From: Actinomycetes bacterium
Lineage (GTDB): Bacteria > Actinomycetota > Acidimicrobiia > Acidimicrobiales > Acidimicrobiaceae
Reading direction: 5' to 3'
Assembly: GCA_021799035.1 (NCBI GenBank)
Contig: JAJZBG010000001.1
Coordinates: forward strand, 50,706 to 114,705
DNA: 64,000 bases
How positions within the stretch are numbered: position 1 is the first letter of the stretch; the number at the start of each line of letters is the position of its first letter. Below the pieces are notes generated by a model that saw only the letters and a program-made list of their open reading frames with translations, had not been told where the DNA came from and made no database searches. Below are positions 19,819 to 29,817 of the stretch, one piece after another. Both the position numbers and the translations under genes were made by a program.

Positions 19819-21891
19819 CTATGCAAGTTCGAGTGCTGAAAGGATGAAGGCATAGACAGACGCTTCGTCTTTCCAGGTTTCATATCGGCCTGACGGCCCT
19901 TGATGGCCAGCTCCCAACTCCGTTTTCAGCACGACTCGCGGGTCATTTGTCCTGCTTCGAATTCTTTGAACCCATTTTGCGGGTTCCCAGTAGGAAACCC
20001 GGGGATCATTGAGTCCGGCTGTTACAAGCATGAACGGGTAGCGGCCACCGGAAACGTTTTCGTATGGAGTGTAGGACTTCATGACTTCGTAGATAGATCT
20101 GTCTGTGACTGGGTTGCCCCACTCCTCCCACTCAAAGGTAGTCAAAGGCAGTGATGGGTCAAGAATAGTGGTCAGACAGTCAACAAATGGAACCTCCGCG
20201 ACAACTGCCCTGTAAAGTTCAGGGGCCATGTTTGTGATCGCCCCCATAAGCATTCCCCCTGCACTGCCACCGCGGGCGGCAACCCTGGTCGGGTCAGACC
20301 AGCCAAGTTGGATGAGGGCATTGGTCGAGTCGATGAAGTCTGTGAACGTGTGGACCTTCTTCTCAAGTTTTCCGTCTAAGTACCACGCTCTGCCCATCTC
20401 GCCTCCGCCGCGCACGTGGGCTATGGCGAATACGACGCCCCGGTCAAGAAGGCTTAGCCGTAGAGCCGAGAAGGCGGGATCAATCGAGTGCTCGTATGAG
20501 CCATAGCCGTAGATGAGCGTTGGGTGCCCTTTCTTGTTTGGGCTGATGTCAGACCTGCACACGACTGAAATTGGCACCTTGGTGCCATCTCTCGCGTCCG
20601 CCCACACTCTAAACGTCTGGTACTTGGAACTGTCGAATGCGCCAAGCACCTCGGTCTGCTTCAAAAGGGTTGATTGCCTTGAGTCCATATCGATCTCAAA
20701 TACGGATCTGGGAGTCGTCATCGAGGAATATTCGTACCTCAGTGTTTTCGTGTCGAACTCCTCGTTTTCTCCGATGTATATCGACGACACCTCTTCGCTT
20801 TTTGGTACTTCGTAGACTTCCCGAGATTGCAGATCGATCACGCGGAGGCGGGTTGTGGCAAGATGTCTTTCCTCGAGTGCAATGAAGTCTGCAAAGACCT
20901 CTATCCCGAGAAGGCGAACCCCGCTGGCGGTTTCCGTGAACTGTTCCCACTGCCTGTGGTCATTTACTCCCTTTTCCACCGACATAAGGCCGAAATCGGG
21001 ATTATCTCGATTGGTCACAACGAAAAAGCGGTCTTTCCAATGCTCGATGGAGTATTCGAGATCTTTCACTCGCTCGCTGAACGGTTCGGGTGATGCGAGC
21101 GGATCGGCAGCTTCGACTAAGAAAACCTGGGCGGTGGTCTTGGATGCGACTTCGATGACAACGAACTGATCGTCCTTTGTGGTTCCTATTCCTACGAAAT
21201 AGCCTTCGTCATCCTCCTGAAAGACCAAGTCCGTGTGTGCAGCTTCTATGTCAAGTCTCCATACCTGGTAGGGGCGCATCTGGCTGTCGGTCTTGGTGTA
21301 AAAGATGTACCGAGAGTCGAGGGACCATGCTAGACCGTAATAGCATTCTTCAATTTCCGCAACTATATTCAATGGCTCTGATATAGGCCTTACTCTGAGG
21401 GTGTAAAGCTCAGAGCCGTTGACATCCGTGAGATAGGCGATGAGGTTCTCGCTGGGTGAAACCGAGAGGCCTCCAAGTGCATAAAATCCATGTCCGGACG
21501 CCTCTTCATTTTCATCGAGAAGCGTCTCTTCGGCATCTTCGCCGATTCTATTCCTAGCATGTATCGGGTATTGCTTTCCTTCCTCGGTCTTTGAAAAGTA
21601 CAGGAAGCTCTTTTTGCGCACAGGAACCGAAAGATCAGTCTCCTTGATCCTGCCCTTGATCTCATTGAAGAGCTGCACCTCGAGGCCCGCCAATGCATTA
21701 GTGACTTCTTTGGCGTAGGAGTTTTCTGCCTTCAGAAGATCTGTGACTTTAGCAGACTCCTTGTCTCTCAGCCAGTAGTATTCGTCAACGCGATTATCCC
21801 CAAAGTGGTTGAGCATTGTCGGAATCTCCTCTGCGCGTGGAGGAGGACCTGCATTCTTGAACATCTCTTCTAATCGACTCATTGAAGCCAA
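19819..21891 (-). CDS. ptrB: oligopeptidase B (S9 prolyl oligopeptidase family)
   Basis: 690 aa with an N-terminal beta-propeller region and the C-terminal catalytic GGSAGGML serine motif. Confidence 0.9.
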   Translation of the reverse strand: MASMSRLEEMFKNAGPPPRAEEIPTMLNHFGDNRVDEYYWLRDKESAKVTDLLKAENSYAKEVTNALAGLEVQLFNEIKGRIKETDLSVPVRKKSFLYFSKTEEGKQYPIHARNRIGEDAEETLLDENEEASGHGFYALGGLSVSPSENLIAYLTDVNGSELYTLRVRPISEPLNIVAEIEECYYGLAWSLDSRYIFYTKTDSQMRPYQVWRLDIEAAHTDLVFQEDDEGYFVGIGTTKDDQFVVIEVASKTTAQVFLVEAADPLASPEPFSERVKDLEYSIEHWKDRFFVVTNRDNPDFGLMSVEKGVNDHRQWEQFTETASGVRLLGIEVFADFIALEERHLATTRLRVIDLQSREVYEVPKSEEVSSIYIGENEEFDTKTLRYEYSSMTTPRSVFEIDMDSRQSTLLKQTEVLGAFDSSKYQTFRVWADARDGTKVPISVVCRSDISPNKKGHPTLIYGYGSYEHSIDPAFSALRLSLLDRGVVFAIAHVRGGGEMGRAWYLDGKLEKKVHTFTDFIDSTNALIQLGWSDPTRVAARGGSAGGMLMGAITNMAPELYRAVVAEVPFVDCLTTILDPSLPLTTFEWEEWGNPVTDRSIYEVMKSYTPYENVSGGRYPFMLVTAGLNDPRVSYWEPAKWVQRIRSRTNDPRVVLKTELGAGHQGPSGRYETWKDEASVYAFILSALELA

Positions 21892-21964
21892 GGCTAGCGG
21901 ATATTTCTATTTGCCAGCTGAATGCGCCGCATCGGCTTGCCATCGATTGAAAAAAGTGGAAGAG

Positions 21965-21988
21965 TTATTACTATCCAGATAGGGATAA
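21965..21988. promoter_or_regulatory. imperfect palindrome upstream of sufB (candidate operator)
   Basis: TTAT-TA-CTATC-CA-GATAG-GG-ATAA, about 70 nt upstream of the sufB ATG. Confidence 0.25.
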
Positions 21989-22055
21989 TTGGGTTTGTAG
22001 CCTAGAATGTAAATATCCAAGAAGGCGTTTGCGCAATTTTGAAGGCGGATCGATT

Positions 22056-23456
22056 ATGTCAACAGCTGATCTAGATCTCGGTAAGTATCAACTTGGCTGG
22101 GCAGATGCCGAGGATTATGTCTTCAAGCCGAAAAAGGGTCTCAACGAAGCGATCGTACGGGAGATGTCTTGGATGAAGGGTGAGCCTGAATGGATGAGAG
22201 AGTTCAGGCTGAGGTCTCTTCGTTACTTTGAGAAGAAGCCGATGCTTCCATGGTTTGCGGTGAACATGCCTGACATCGACTTCGACGACATCTACTACTA
22301 CATAAAGCCTACGGAGAAGCAGGTCAGCTCTTGGGACCAGCTTCCGGAGTCGGTGAAGCGGACATATGAGAAGCTTGGGATACCGGAGGCAGAAAGAAAG
22401 TACCTGTCCGGTGTCACTGCCCAGTACGAGTCCGAAGTTGTATACCACAAGAATCGGGAGGACTTGGAGGCGCAGGGAGTCATTTTCACTGACATGGACA
22501 CAGCCCTGCGCGAGCATCCAGAGATTGTCCGAGCCTATTTTGGTTCTGTGATTCCTCCCAATGACAACAAGTTCGCGGCGCTAAACAGCGCTGTTTGGTC
22601 AGGAGGGTCCTTCATCTATGTGCCGCCTGGAGTGAAGGTTCAGATGCCTCTTCAGGCATATTTCAGGATCAACGCAGAAAATATGGGCCAGTTTGAGAGG
22701 ACGCTCATCATCGCCGACGAGGGGTCGCAGGTTCACTACATCGAAGGATGCTCTGCACCTGTTTACTCTACTGACTCCTTGCATTCAGCAGTCGTCGAAC
22801 TGATCGCAAAGCCGGGAGCTAGGATCACGTATACAACGATTCAGAACTGGTCCAATAATGTATACAACTTGGTGACCAAGAGAGCGCGCGCAGAGGCTGA
22901 GGCTCGAGTTGAATGGATTGACGGAAACATAGGATCCAGGTTGACAATGAAGTATCCCGCAGTTTACTTGGTTGGCCCAAAGGCGACCGGAGAAGTCCTC
23001 TCGGTTGCATATGCAGGGCATGGCCAACATCAGGATGCTGGGGCGAAGATGATCCACGCCGCGCCAGAGACAAGTTCCACCATTATTTCCAAGTCAATCT
23101 CGAAAGATGGGGGCACCTCCACTTATCGAGGGTTGGTCCACGTTGACGAGGGCGCAAAAAATTCGAAGAGCTTTGTGCGTTGTGACGCCTTACTGCTTGA
23201 TGATTACTCAATCTCCGAGACTAAGCCGTATATGGAGGTGAATGAGCGAGATTCCCAGATCGGTCATGAGGCGACAGTTTCCAAGATAGGAAATGATCAG
23301 CTCTTCTACCTGATGTCGCGAGGACTTTCGGAATCCCAGGCCATGAGCCTTATAGTGAACGGCTTTATCGAGCCGGTGACAAAGACTCTTCCGATGGAAT
23401 ACGCCGTTGAGTGGAGCAGGCTGATCGAACTCCAAATGGACGGTTCGATAGGTTAG
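22056..23456 (+). CDS. sufB: Fe-S cluster assembly scaffold protein SufB
   Basis: Typical SufB sequence throughout ([21 protein letters not shown]...). I chose the ATG at 22056. Confidence 0.95.
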   Translation: MSTADLDLGKYQLGWADAEDYVFKPKKGLNEAIVREMSWMKGEPEWMREFRLRSLRYFEKKPMLPWFAVNMPDIDFDDIYYYIKPTEKQVSSWDQLPESVKRTYEKLGIPEAERKYLSGVTAQYESEVVYHKNREDLEAQGVIFTDMDTALREHPEIVRAYFGSVIPPNDNKFAALNSAVWSGGSFIYVPPGVKVQMPLQAYFRINAENMGQFERTLIIADEGSQVHYIEGCSAPVYSTDSLHSAVVELIAKPGARITYTTIQNWSNNVYNLVTKRARAEAEARVEWIDGNIGSRLTMKYPAVYLVGPKATGEVLSVAYAGHGQHQDAGAKMIHAAPETSSTIISKSISKDGGTSTYRGLVHVDEGAKNSKSFVRCDALLLDDYSISETKPYMEVNERDSQIGHEATVSKIGNDQLFYLMSRGLSESQAMSLIVNGFIEPVTKTLPMEYAVEWSRLIELQMDGSIG

Positions 23457-23490
23457 CCCGCAAGTTGGAAAGATCCTCCTAGCAGATGGG

Positions 23491-23520
23491 AAAGCTCTCC
23501 GCCTACGCGGGGAGCTTTTT
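23491..23520 (+). terminator. intrinsic terminator directly after sufB
   Basis: AAGCTCTCCGC-CTAC-GCGGGGAGCTT (11 bp, one G.U pair) followed by a T-run. The 3' arm overlaps the last codons of the convergent DinB-like gene. Confidence 0.7.
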
Positions 23521-24264
23521 CCATGCGTCGATGACTGCCAGATCTCCGAAGCACTGAAGGATTTCCGCGGGAAGCCGACCCCAGCTCCAAAGGTAGATTT
23601 CTGAAGCAGTCGCTTTAATGGCTGCATCAGCCTTCTGGTGGCCTCTTTCAATGGTCATCGTGCCGTCGGTTAGGGTGACTGTCCATTCTGCATCGATGTC
23701 AGTCGCGTGAAGATGAAGGGATCCGGGCAGCGAGCCGGAAAGGTTTCTTCGTCCTCCGATTGTGATTTCGAGCCTTTCGTCGATTCCATCCTTGGCAAAT
23801 TCAGCTGTATAGCCGAACGGTATTGATTCTGCCGGAAGTGATTTTATCGCTGCCACGCTAGGCAATCCCATGTGTGCAAGTTCAGCATCGAAGCGGTGGA
23901 TCGCTGCTTCGTGCGCCTGTCGCCTTATCATCCAACCCAGAGTCTGGTTCTTGCCACTCCAGTTCCACGCCGGAAAGTCGTCAGGGTGATCGTTGAAAAT
24001 TTTGAAAAGGTTGTTCCATCCTTCATTGAACCAGCTCAAAATCTCGGAAGACTCCGCGGGCAGATTGATCTCGTAACCTGTTGGATCCACGTCGGAACCT
24101 ACGCGAAAGGCAGCTCTCCTATGAACTGTGCCAAGGTGCTCGATTAGATCTTGAACGGTCCAGCCGGGGCAACTGGGGACTGCATGGTCAAGCACGGCGG
24201 TGCACAAAGCGGCGAATTTCTCGCATTCTTGCCTAAAGTGGCTAATTAACTCATTTCGCTCCAT
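23503..24264 (-). CDS. maleylpyruvate isomerase-family mycothiol-dependent (DinB/MDMPI_N) protein
   Basis: VPSCPGWTVQDLIEHLGTVHR N-terminal block. I chose the ATG at 24264 (the ORF extends to 24387). Confidence 0.75.
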   Translation of the reverse strand: MERNELISHFRQECEKFAALCTAVLDHAVPSCPGWTVQDLIEHLGTVHRRAAFRVGSDVDPTGYEINLPAESSEILSWFNEGWNNLFKIFNDHPDDFPAWNWSGKNQTLGWMIRRQAHEAAIHRFDAELAHMGLPSVAAIKSLPAESIPFGYTAEFAKDGIDERLEITIGGRRNLSGSLPGSLHLHATDIDAEWTVTLTDGTMTIERGHQKADAAIKATASEIYLWSWGRLPAEILQCFGDLAVIDAWKKLPA

Positions 24265-24389
24265 TGCACAGAGTCTTACAAAGATTTTGGATGCTAGCTG
24301 CCGGTTAGGCCAAAAAAATGATTTTCTTGAGCAATTTGTTGATTCACTGGCTAGCTCCTTGCCAGGAATTGTGCGGTCCTCTGCCACGT

Positions 24390-25922
24390 TTAAATAGCGT
24401 CGTCTGCCTCTGAAACGTCAATAAATAAGTCGAATCCAAAAGTTGTGCCCTTGGAGGTTCCAGCACTGGTTACCCAGGCACTTCCGCCATGTGCTCTTAT
24501 AATCGATGCGACCAAGGACAAACCAAGGCCTGTTCCGCCTGAGTCGCGAGACCGAGACGTCTCTGTTCTGTAGAAGCGTTCGAAAACGTTCTTCAGTGTT
24601 GCCTTTTCGATGCCGGGGCCGGAATCTGTGAGTGTGAATCGGACGATCTCGTACTTGCCGTCGGTTGGAGTGGTGAACCCCTCATCGTCCGCTCTGACTA
24701 CATCCAAGCCTTCAAACTCTGGCAACTGGCTGGAATCGATGTGGCTTAGAGCAACCTTTGCTGGGCTGCATTCTGGCGTATGAAATCTCAGATTTGAAAA
24801 TAGGTTGGAGACGACCTGGATGATGCGGTTCTTATCGCCAATAACCCAGATATCATCCTCGATTTTTGCTTGGATATCTCTACAGGGTTCGATTGTGCGG
24901 AGATCTTCAATCAAGTCATTGGCAATCTCTGAAAGGTCGACCGGCAGCTTCTCGACCGGTCTATTTTGGTCAAGTCTGGCAAGCAGCAGGAGATCTTCCA
25001 CGAGACTTCCCATACGAATTGACTCGGATTCGATCCGTTCCATTGCCCTCTTCGTTTCTGACTCGTCAAGCATGCCGGATCGCTGCCTGACCAGCTCGGC
25101 ATAACCACGAATCGATGTCAGAGGCGTCCGAAGTTCGTGGGATGCATCTGCAACGAAGCGGCGGAGCTTGGCTTCGGACTGGCCTCTTCGCTCAAGGGCA
25201 GTGATTAGCTGGCTGAGCATGTAGTTGAGCGCCTTCGCTAGCCGGGATACTTCCGTAGCTTGGTTTCCCGAGGTATCCACTCTCGCGGAAAGGTTTCCCT
25301 CCGAGATCTCGTTGGCAGTCTGAGCCATCTTGTCTAGCGGGCGCAGTCCAAGGCTCACTAGATAACTGCCAAGGCCTGCAAGGACAATAAGAACGAACAA
25401 CGAAACGAGAATTTCGATAATGACTAGGCGGCCAAGCGTGGCAGAAACACCAGTGAGCGGAATGGCCAAGACCGTAATCGCCCCAGTGGTCGCATTCTTT
25501 ACGGCTATAACCCTGTAGTGAAGTGACGGATCACTCGTGCTACTCACATTGAAAGGGGTCTCAAGGGCGATGTTCGTGCCTTTAGGGTTGATGGTCGGAA
25601 GAGCTGGAGGAGAGCCGGCCTGTGAGGGGTCTTGCACAAAAGCAGCAACAAAAGATGAACCGTTGCTGGTAATCAGCTCACCGTAACTTCCGAAGGGGAC
25701 GAATGCGAACTCAGCCTGGCTGACACTTTCTCCAAGCATCGCTCGTGCAAGAGATCTCGAGGCAGGCGCAACTGAAGCGCTTAGCTGTTGGTCAAGCTTT
25801 GTGATCAGGAATGACTTCAGTGCTGAGTATGTAGCTATGTCAGCTATGACCATTCCGATAAAGAGCAATGACGTCACTGCAATGACGAGTCTCGCCTTTA
25901 GTGACAGTTTTTTCCATTGCAC
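24390..25922 (-). CDS. sensor histidine kinase (HAMP-HisKA-HATPase_c, MprB/MtrB-like)
   Basis: Two TM segments, H-box FVADASHELRTPLTSI, and G-boxes DSGPGI and GGTGLGLS. Confidence 0.9.
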   Translation of the reverse strand: MQWKKLSLKARLVIAVTSLLFIGMVIADIATYSALKSFLITKLDQQLSASVAPASRSLARAMLGESVSQAEFAFVPFGSYGELITSNGSSFVAAFVQDPSQAGSPPALPTINPKGTNIALETPFNVSSTSDPSLHYRVIAVKNATTGAITVLAIPLTGVSATLGRLVIIEILVSLFVLIVLAGLGSYLVSLGLRPLDKMAQTANEISEGNLSARVDTSGNQATEVSRLAKALNYMLSQLITALERRGQSEAKLRRFVADASHELRTPLTSIRGYAELVRQRSGMLDESETKRAMERIESESIRMGSLVEDLLLLARLDQNRPVEKLPVDLSEIANDLIEDLRTIEPCRDIQAKIEDDIWVIGDKNRIIQVVSNLFSNLRFHTPECSPAKVALSHIDSSQLPEFEGLDVVRADDEGFTTPTDGKYEIVRFTLTDSGPGIEKATLKNVFERFYRTETSRSRDSGGTGLGLSLVASIIRAHGGSAWVTSAGTSKGTTFGFDLFIDVSEADDAI

Positions 25923-25931
25923 GGCACTATC

Positions 25932-26651
25932 CTACTTCGGACTTGTCTGGCTCCTCAGCGAGTAGCCGACACCCCTTATGGTCTTGATCAGTGGCGCATT
26001 TCCAGAGGTGCCAATTTTTTTTCTCAGATAGGAGATGTAGGTTTCGACAATGTTGGCATCTCCACCGAAGTCGTATTCCCAAACGTGGTCGAGGATCTGC
26101 GACTTTGAAACTACTCTTCTTGCATTAAGCATGAGAAATCTAAGAAGACGGAACTCAGTCGCAGTGAGCTCGATAACTTGGCCATCCCTGTAGACCTCTC
26201 GAGTCTCCTCGTCGAGTTCAAGATCCTCAAATACGAGTCTTGAGGATGCCGCTCTGTCGTTGCGGGTTCGTCTCAGTACCGCAGCCACTCGTGCGGAAAG
26301 CTCTTCGAGGCTAAAGGGTTTTGTGACGTAGTCGTCACCTCCAATGCCAAGGCCTCTCACCTTGTCTTCCGTCGAGTCCTTGGCGGTGAGAAAAATAATG
26401 GGTACTTGCTGATTCTCTTGTCGGAGCCTTCTAGCGACTTCGTACCCGTCCAGATCTGACATCATGATATCCAATATGAGCAGGTCAGGATGGAACTGAG
26501 TCACCTTCTCAATGGCCTCGCGCCCGGAGTGTGCCTGTTCCATCTGGTACCCTTCGTAGCGCAAAGCCATAGTAACCAACTCTGTTATGGGGGTCTCATC
26601 GTCGACAACCAGAACTCGGCCGGTCACTGCCTTGGACTGCAATGGCTGCAT
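25932..26651 (-). CDS. OmpR/PhoB-family response regulator
   Basis: Receiver domain (VLVVDDE...DLLILDIMM) plus a winged-helix C-terminus (IRGVGYSL). Confidence 0.9.
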   Translation of the reverse strand: MQPLQSKAVTGRVLVVDDETPITELVTMALRYEGYQMEQAHSGREAIEKVTQFHPDLLILDIMMSDLDGYEVARRLRQENQQVPIIFLTAKDSTEDKVRGLGIGGDDYVTKPFSLEELSARVAAVLRRTRNDRAASSRLVFEDLELDEETREVYRDGQVIELTATEFRLLRFLMLNARRVVSKSQILDHVWEYDFGGDANIVETYISYLRKKIGTSGNAPLIKTIRGVGYSLRSQTSPK

Positions 26652-26692
26652 TTATTGCTTTCCTCTATAATTCGGATCAGAGCCTACAAGTG

Positions 26693-28195
26693 CTATGCGG
26701 TTGGAGCGCTACCCAATGTTACGACAGCTGACCCGTTTCCGTTTGAGTTTGTCCAATAGATTGTGACTTTGTTCCCCGGTGACTTCTTTTGGATCGCAGA
26801 GACAAGCTGAGATGCTGATGTCACGGCCGTATTGTCTACTTTGGTAATTACCGATCCCGCAGTGAGTCCCGCAGAACTGGCTGGCGAACCAGGTACTACA
26901 TCGACGACGATCGCACCTTTGAGGTTTGACGACAGGCCAAGCTGGGCTGCAATTTGAGGCGTCATCGTTTCAATGTCGACACCGAGGAACGCTTTCCCAG
27001 CAGTAATGGTGCTGGTGGATGAGTTGGGGTGGGCCTCGATCTGCTTCACTATTGGGAGGACCGAGTCTATGGCTTCTGCAAAGCCTATGTTTTGAGCAGG
27101 CTCGGTGCCTGTTCCGGTGATGATCGCGGTGTTCATGCCGATTACTTGTCCACTCGAATTGACCAGAGGTCCTCCAGAGTTGCCGGGGTTGATCGGGGCA
27201 TCAGTCTGGATCATGTCGGTCAGGGTCGTAGATCCGCCACTTGTTCCGTTTGAGCTTGTCGTGATGGAGCGATGCAGCCCAGAGACGATTCCTTGTGTCA
27301 CCGTTGGCAGTCCCTGAAGCGCCAAAGCGTTTCCGACGGCTACTACCGAGTCTCCGACTTGGAGGCTCGAAGACTTGCCAAAGGTAACGGTAGGCAGGTT
27401 GGACACGCCTTGGATCTTGATGACAGCCACGTCATGAGAGGGGTCTGCCCCAAGCACGGTTGCACTGTAGAGCTTGGTCTGGTTGAACAGCTGAACTTTG
27501 ATTGTCGACGCATTGGCGATGACGTGGTTGTTGGTCAGCACCTCGCCGTTTGACGTAATGATCATTCCCGTTCCAGCACCCTGGAACTGTTGCGCACCAC
27601 CGAAAAACCCGCCCTGATTGATCGTTCCAGTCGTTTGAATATCGACAACCGCTGGCTCGACCTTTGAAAGGATGCCCTGAATGTCAGTTGGGGTGGCAGC
27701 TACTGAATTGTTTGTGCTTGGCGCAGTTGTCACGGTCGGCTGCTGTGTCGCAGTCGAGGAGGTGAGTTTGGCTACAACGGCTCCAGCGGAACCTCCAAGA
27801 ATCAGCGAGATCACCGCTGCGGCGGTAACAGCCTTGGTGATTGGGGAAAGCGGCTTTCGCTGTTTTCTCGTCTTTGCGTTGGCGGTGGGGGCGCCATTCC
27901 CGGGACCTGAGAGGGGGTAATCAGGTTCCGGGAATGGCTTGGGGATAGAAGGTTCAGATTCCGTGAAAGGGTTGCTAGCTTGTTGAATTTCTTGAGTATC
28001 GTCTACAGAGCTCTCGCCGAGTGCGGCAGCATCAACTGGGCTGATTGATGGCTCAGTGTCGCCGGCTGGAGCTGGTTGATCGATTTCAGAGTTCTGATCG
28101 GCCACATTCTCTGAAACTTCGCTAGCTGGCTCTTCGTTTGCCGGATTTTTCGGAGCTTCGTTTGGTTCGTTCTCGTAGATGTCCACTTTTATCAC
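26693..28195 (-). CDS. HtrA/PepD-like trypsin-fold serine protease with PDZ domain
   Basis: Catalytic TNNHV, DVAVIK and GNSGGPL motifs. Acidic N-terminal tail, one TM segment and a C-terminal PDZ-like region. Confidence 0.9.
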   Translation of the reverse strand: MIKVDIYENEPNEAPKNPANEEPASEVSENVADQNSEIDQPAPAGDTEPSISPVDAAALGESSVDDTQEIQQASNPFTESEPSIPKPFPEPDYPLSGPGNGAPTANAKTRKQRKPLSPITKAVTAAAVISLILGGSAGAVVAKLTSSTATQQPTVTTAPSTNNSVAATPTDIQGILSKVEPAVVDIQTTGTINQGGFFGGAQQFQGAGTGMIITSNGEVLTNNHVIANASTIKVQLFNQTKLYSATVLGADPSHDVAVIKIQGVSNLPTVTFGKSSSLQVGDSVVAVGNALALQGLPTVTQGIVSGLHRSITTSSNGTSGGSTTLTDMIQTDAPINPGNSGGPLVNSSGQVIGMNTAIITGTGTEPAQNIGFAEAIDSVLPIVKQIEAHPNSSTSTITAGKAFLGVDIETMTPQIAAQLGLSSNLKGAIVVDVVPGSPASSAGLTAGSVITKVDNTAVTSASQLVSAIQKKSPGNKVTIYWTNSNGNGSAVVTLGSAPTA

Positions 28196-28389
28196 CCGTT
28201 GTTGATGCGTAGTATTTAGGTTTTTGACTGGTTACATTCTGTACGGCAAAGCTTTGAGAATTCTGGGGAAGCTCTGAGTATCGTTTGAAACCTTTAATCG
28301 AAGCTAAAAAGGGTGCACCGAGAAATATTCCTGTTCCATGGCAAGATGAATGAGCTAGAAGTATTTTTCGATCGAATAGGTTGGATTTA

Positions 28390-28731
28390 ATGGCTATGCG
28401 TGAAGAATGCAAGCATTTTCAGAGCAGGACTTATCCCTCTGGGGAAGTGGCGAGGTTTTGTGAGCTGGATCTCGCACCTGAGGCTCCGTGGAGATGCCCG
28501 GCCGACTGCAATAGATACGAACGCAGGTTGGCCGACGTGGCATGGGTTCATGGGTCCCTGATCCCTCCCAAGATAGAAGATGAGCCCGATGGAGATCCTC
28601 AAGAGATATCTGCCATGCTTCGGGACGCGGAGTCAGTGGTCGATTCAGTTCTTCCCACGGTTCTTGAAGACGTTGTCAGGGATGAGAAGAAATCAAAGAG
28701 GAGTTCGTTCTTTAGGAGACGGAGGGACTAA
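28390..28731 (+). CDS. small four-cysteine hypothetical protein
   Basis: Cys pattern C-x15-C-x12-C-x3-C in the first 45 aa, an acidic middle and a basic tail (FFRRRRD). Divergent from htrA. Its stop overlaps the end of the convergent crotonase gene. Confidence 0.5.
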   Translation: MAMREECKHFQSRTYPSGEVARFCELDLAPEAPWRCPADCNRYERRLADVAWVHGSLIPPKIEDEPDGDPQEISAMLRDAESVVDSVLPTVLEDVVRDEKKSKRSSFFRRRRD

Positions 28732-29540
28732 TGCCCGGTAAACCTCGGTGGGCGTTTCTCTACGAACGCGGTAACCGCCTCTCTCAGGTCGTGCGATCCG
28801 AGCTGGGGAAGGCTTAACCGTGCAACGAGTTCTAGCTGCCTCTGGATCTGTTCGTCGTAAATGCTCCTGAGGACCTCTTTGACCCCCTGAGTGGCGGTAG
28901 GTGAGTTCGAGGCAATCTCGGTTGCGAGCGAAAATGCTTTGCTCATGAGTTCGACCTTGTCGCGGCAGACGTAATTGACCAACCCCATTTCATGCGCAGC
29001 AATGGCTGAGAAATCTCGGCCCGTTAGCGCGAGCTCGCTAAGGTGTCCGCGACTGATGATGCCAGGCAGCCGTTGCAGCGAGCCCAGATCTGCGATCATT
29101 GCCAGTCTGGTCTCGCGAAGCGAAAAGACTGCATCAGCCGAGCAGATACGTATGTCCGCATACGAGATGAGGTCCAGAGCGCCGCCAATGCAATGGCCGT
29201 TGACTGCGGCAATAACCGGTTTCTTAGATAGCCCAAGAGAGCTCGTCGACTTTTGGAGTTCCTCTATTGTTTCAAGGGTCCTGTTTTCATTACCAGTGTC
29301 GCCTCCTGACAGGATGTCTTCCAGCTCCATCAGATCAAGTCCAGTGGAAAAATGCTTGGAAGTGGAGGCAACGATGATGACCCTGACGCTGGGGTTGTTG
29401 TCAAGCTCGGCAATCTTATCGGGGAGGTCGGAAAAGAATTTAGATCCCATTGCATTGGACTTTTCCGGTCGGTCCAACCAAAGATAACCGATGTTCCCTT
29501 TGACTTCTGTACTGAAGACATGTACTAAGGCTGAATTCAC
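28728..29540 (-). CDS. enoyl-CoA hydratase/isomerase (crotonase) family protein
   Basis: LDRPEKSNAM...HFSTGLDL...AAVNGHCIGGALDL blocks. Confidence 0.85.
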   Translation of the reverse strand: MNSALVHVFSTEVKGNIGYLWLDRPEKSNAMGSKFFSDLPDKIAELDNNPSVRVIIVASTSKHFSTGLDLMELEDILSGGDTGNENRTLETIEELQKSTSSLGLSKKPVIAAVNGHCIGGALDLISYADIRICSADAVFSLRETRLAMIADLGSLQRLPGIISRGHLSELALTGRDFSAIAAHEMGLVNYVCRDKVELMSKAFSLATEIASNSPTATQGVKEVLRSIYDEQIQRQLELVARLSLPQLGSHDLREAVTAFVEKRPPRFTGH

Positions 29541-29817
29541 ATCTTGACTATATCGCTATAACAGTGTGGTTTTCACCTATTTTTTTCATCAAGGCCTATT
29601 TCGTAGCAGATGAAGGTATTTAATAACATCTGGTTGGTAGAAATTAACACGTCGGCTGTAGAATTCTAGACAAAGCCTGCAGTTTGTTTGAAGTTTTCCG
29701 ACACGTAAGGAGTTCAAGATTCAACTCTCGAAAGCATGGACGGATGGCCTCGAGGTTGCCGTAGCTCAGGGCGGCAGGTCGCAACGTCTTTCAGAGATCA
29801 GGGAGCGGATCGACTCG

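Noticed and set aside
23457-29817. The 6.3-kb block separating sufB and sufD, considered as a mobile element or genomic island
   Set aside because: No integrase, transposase, tRNA attachment site, or terminal direct or inverted repeats are visible. The gene content is ordinary chromosomal (TCS, HtrA, crotonase).
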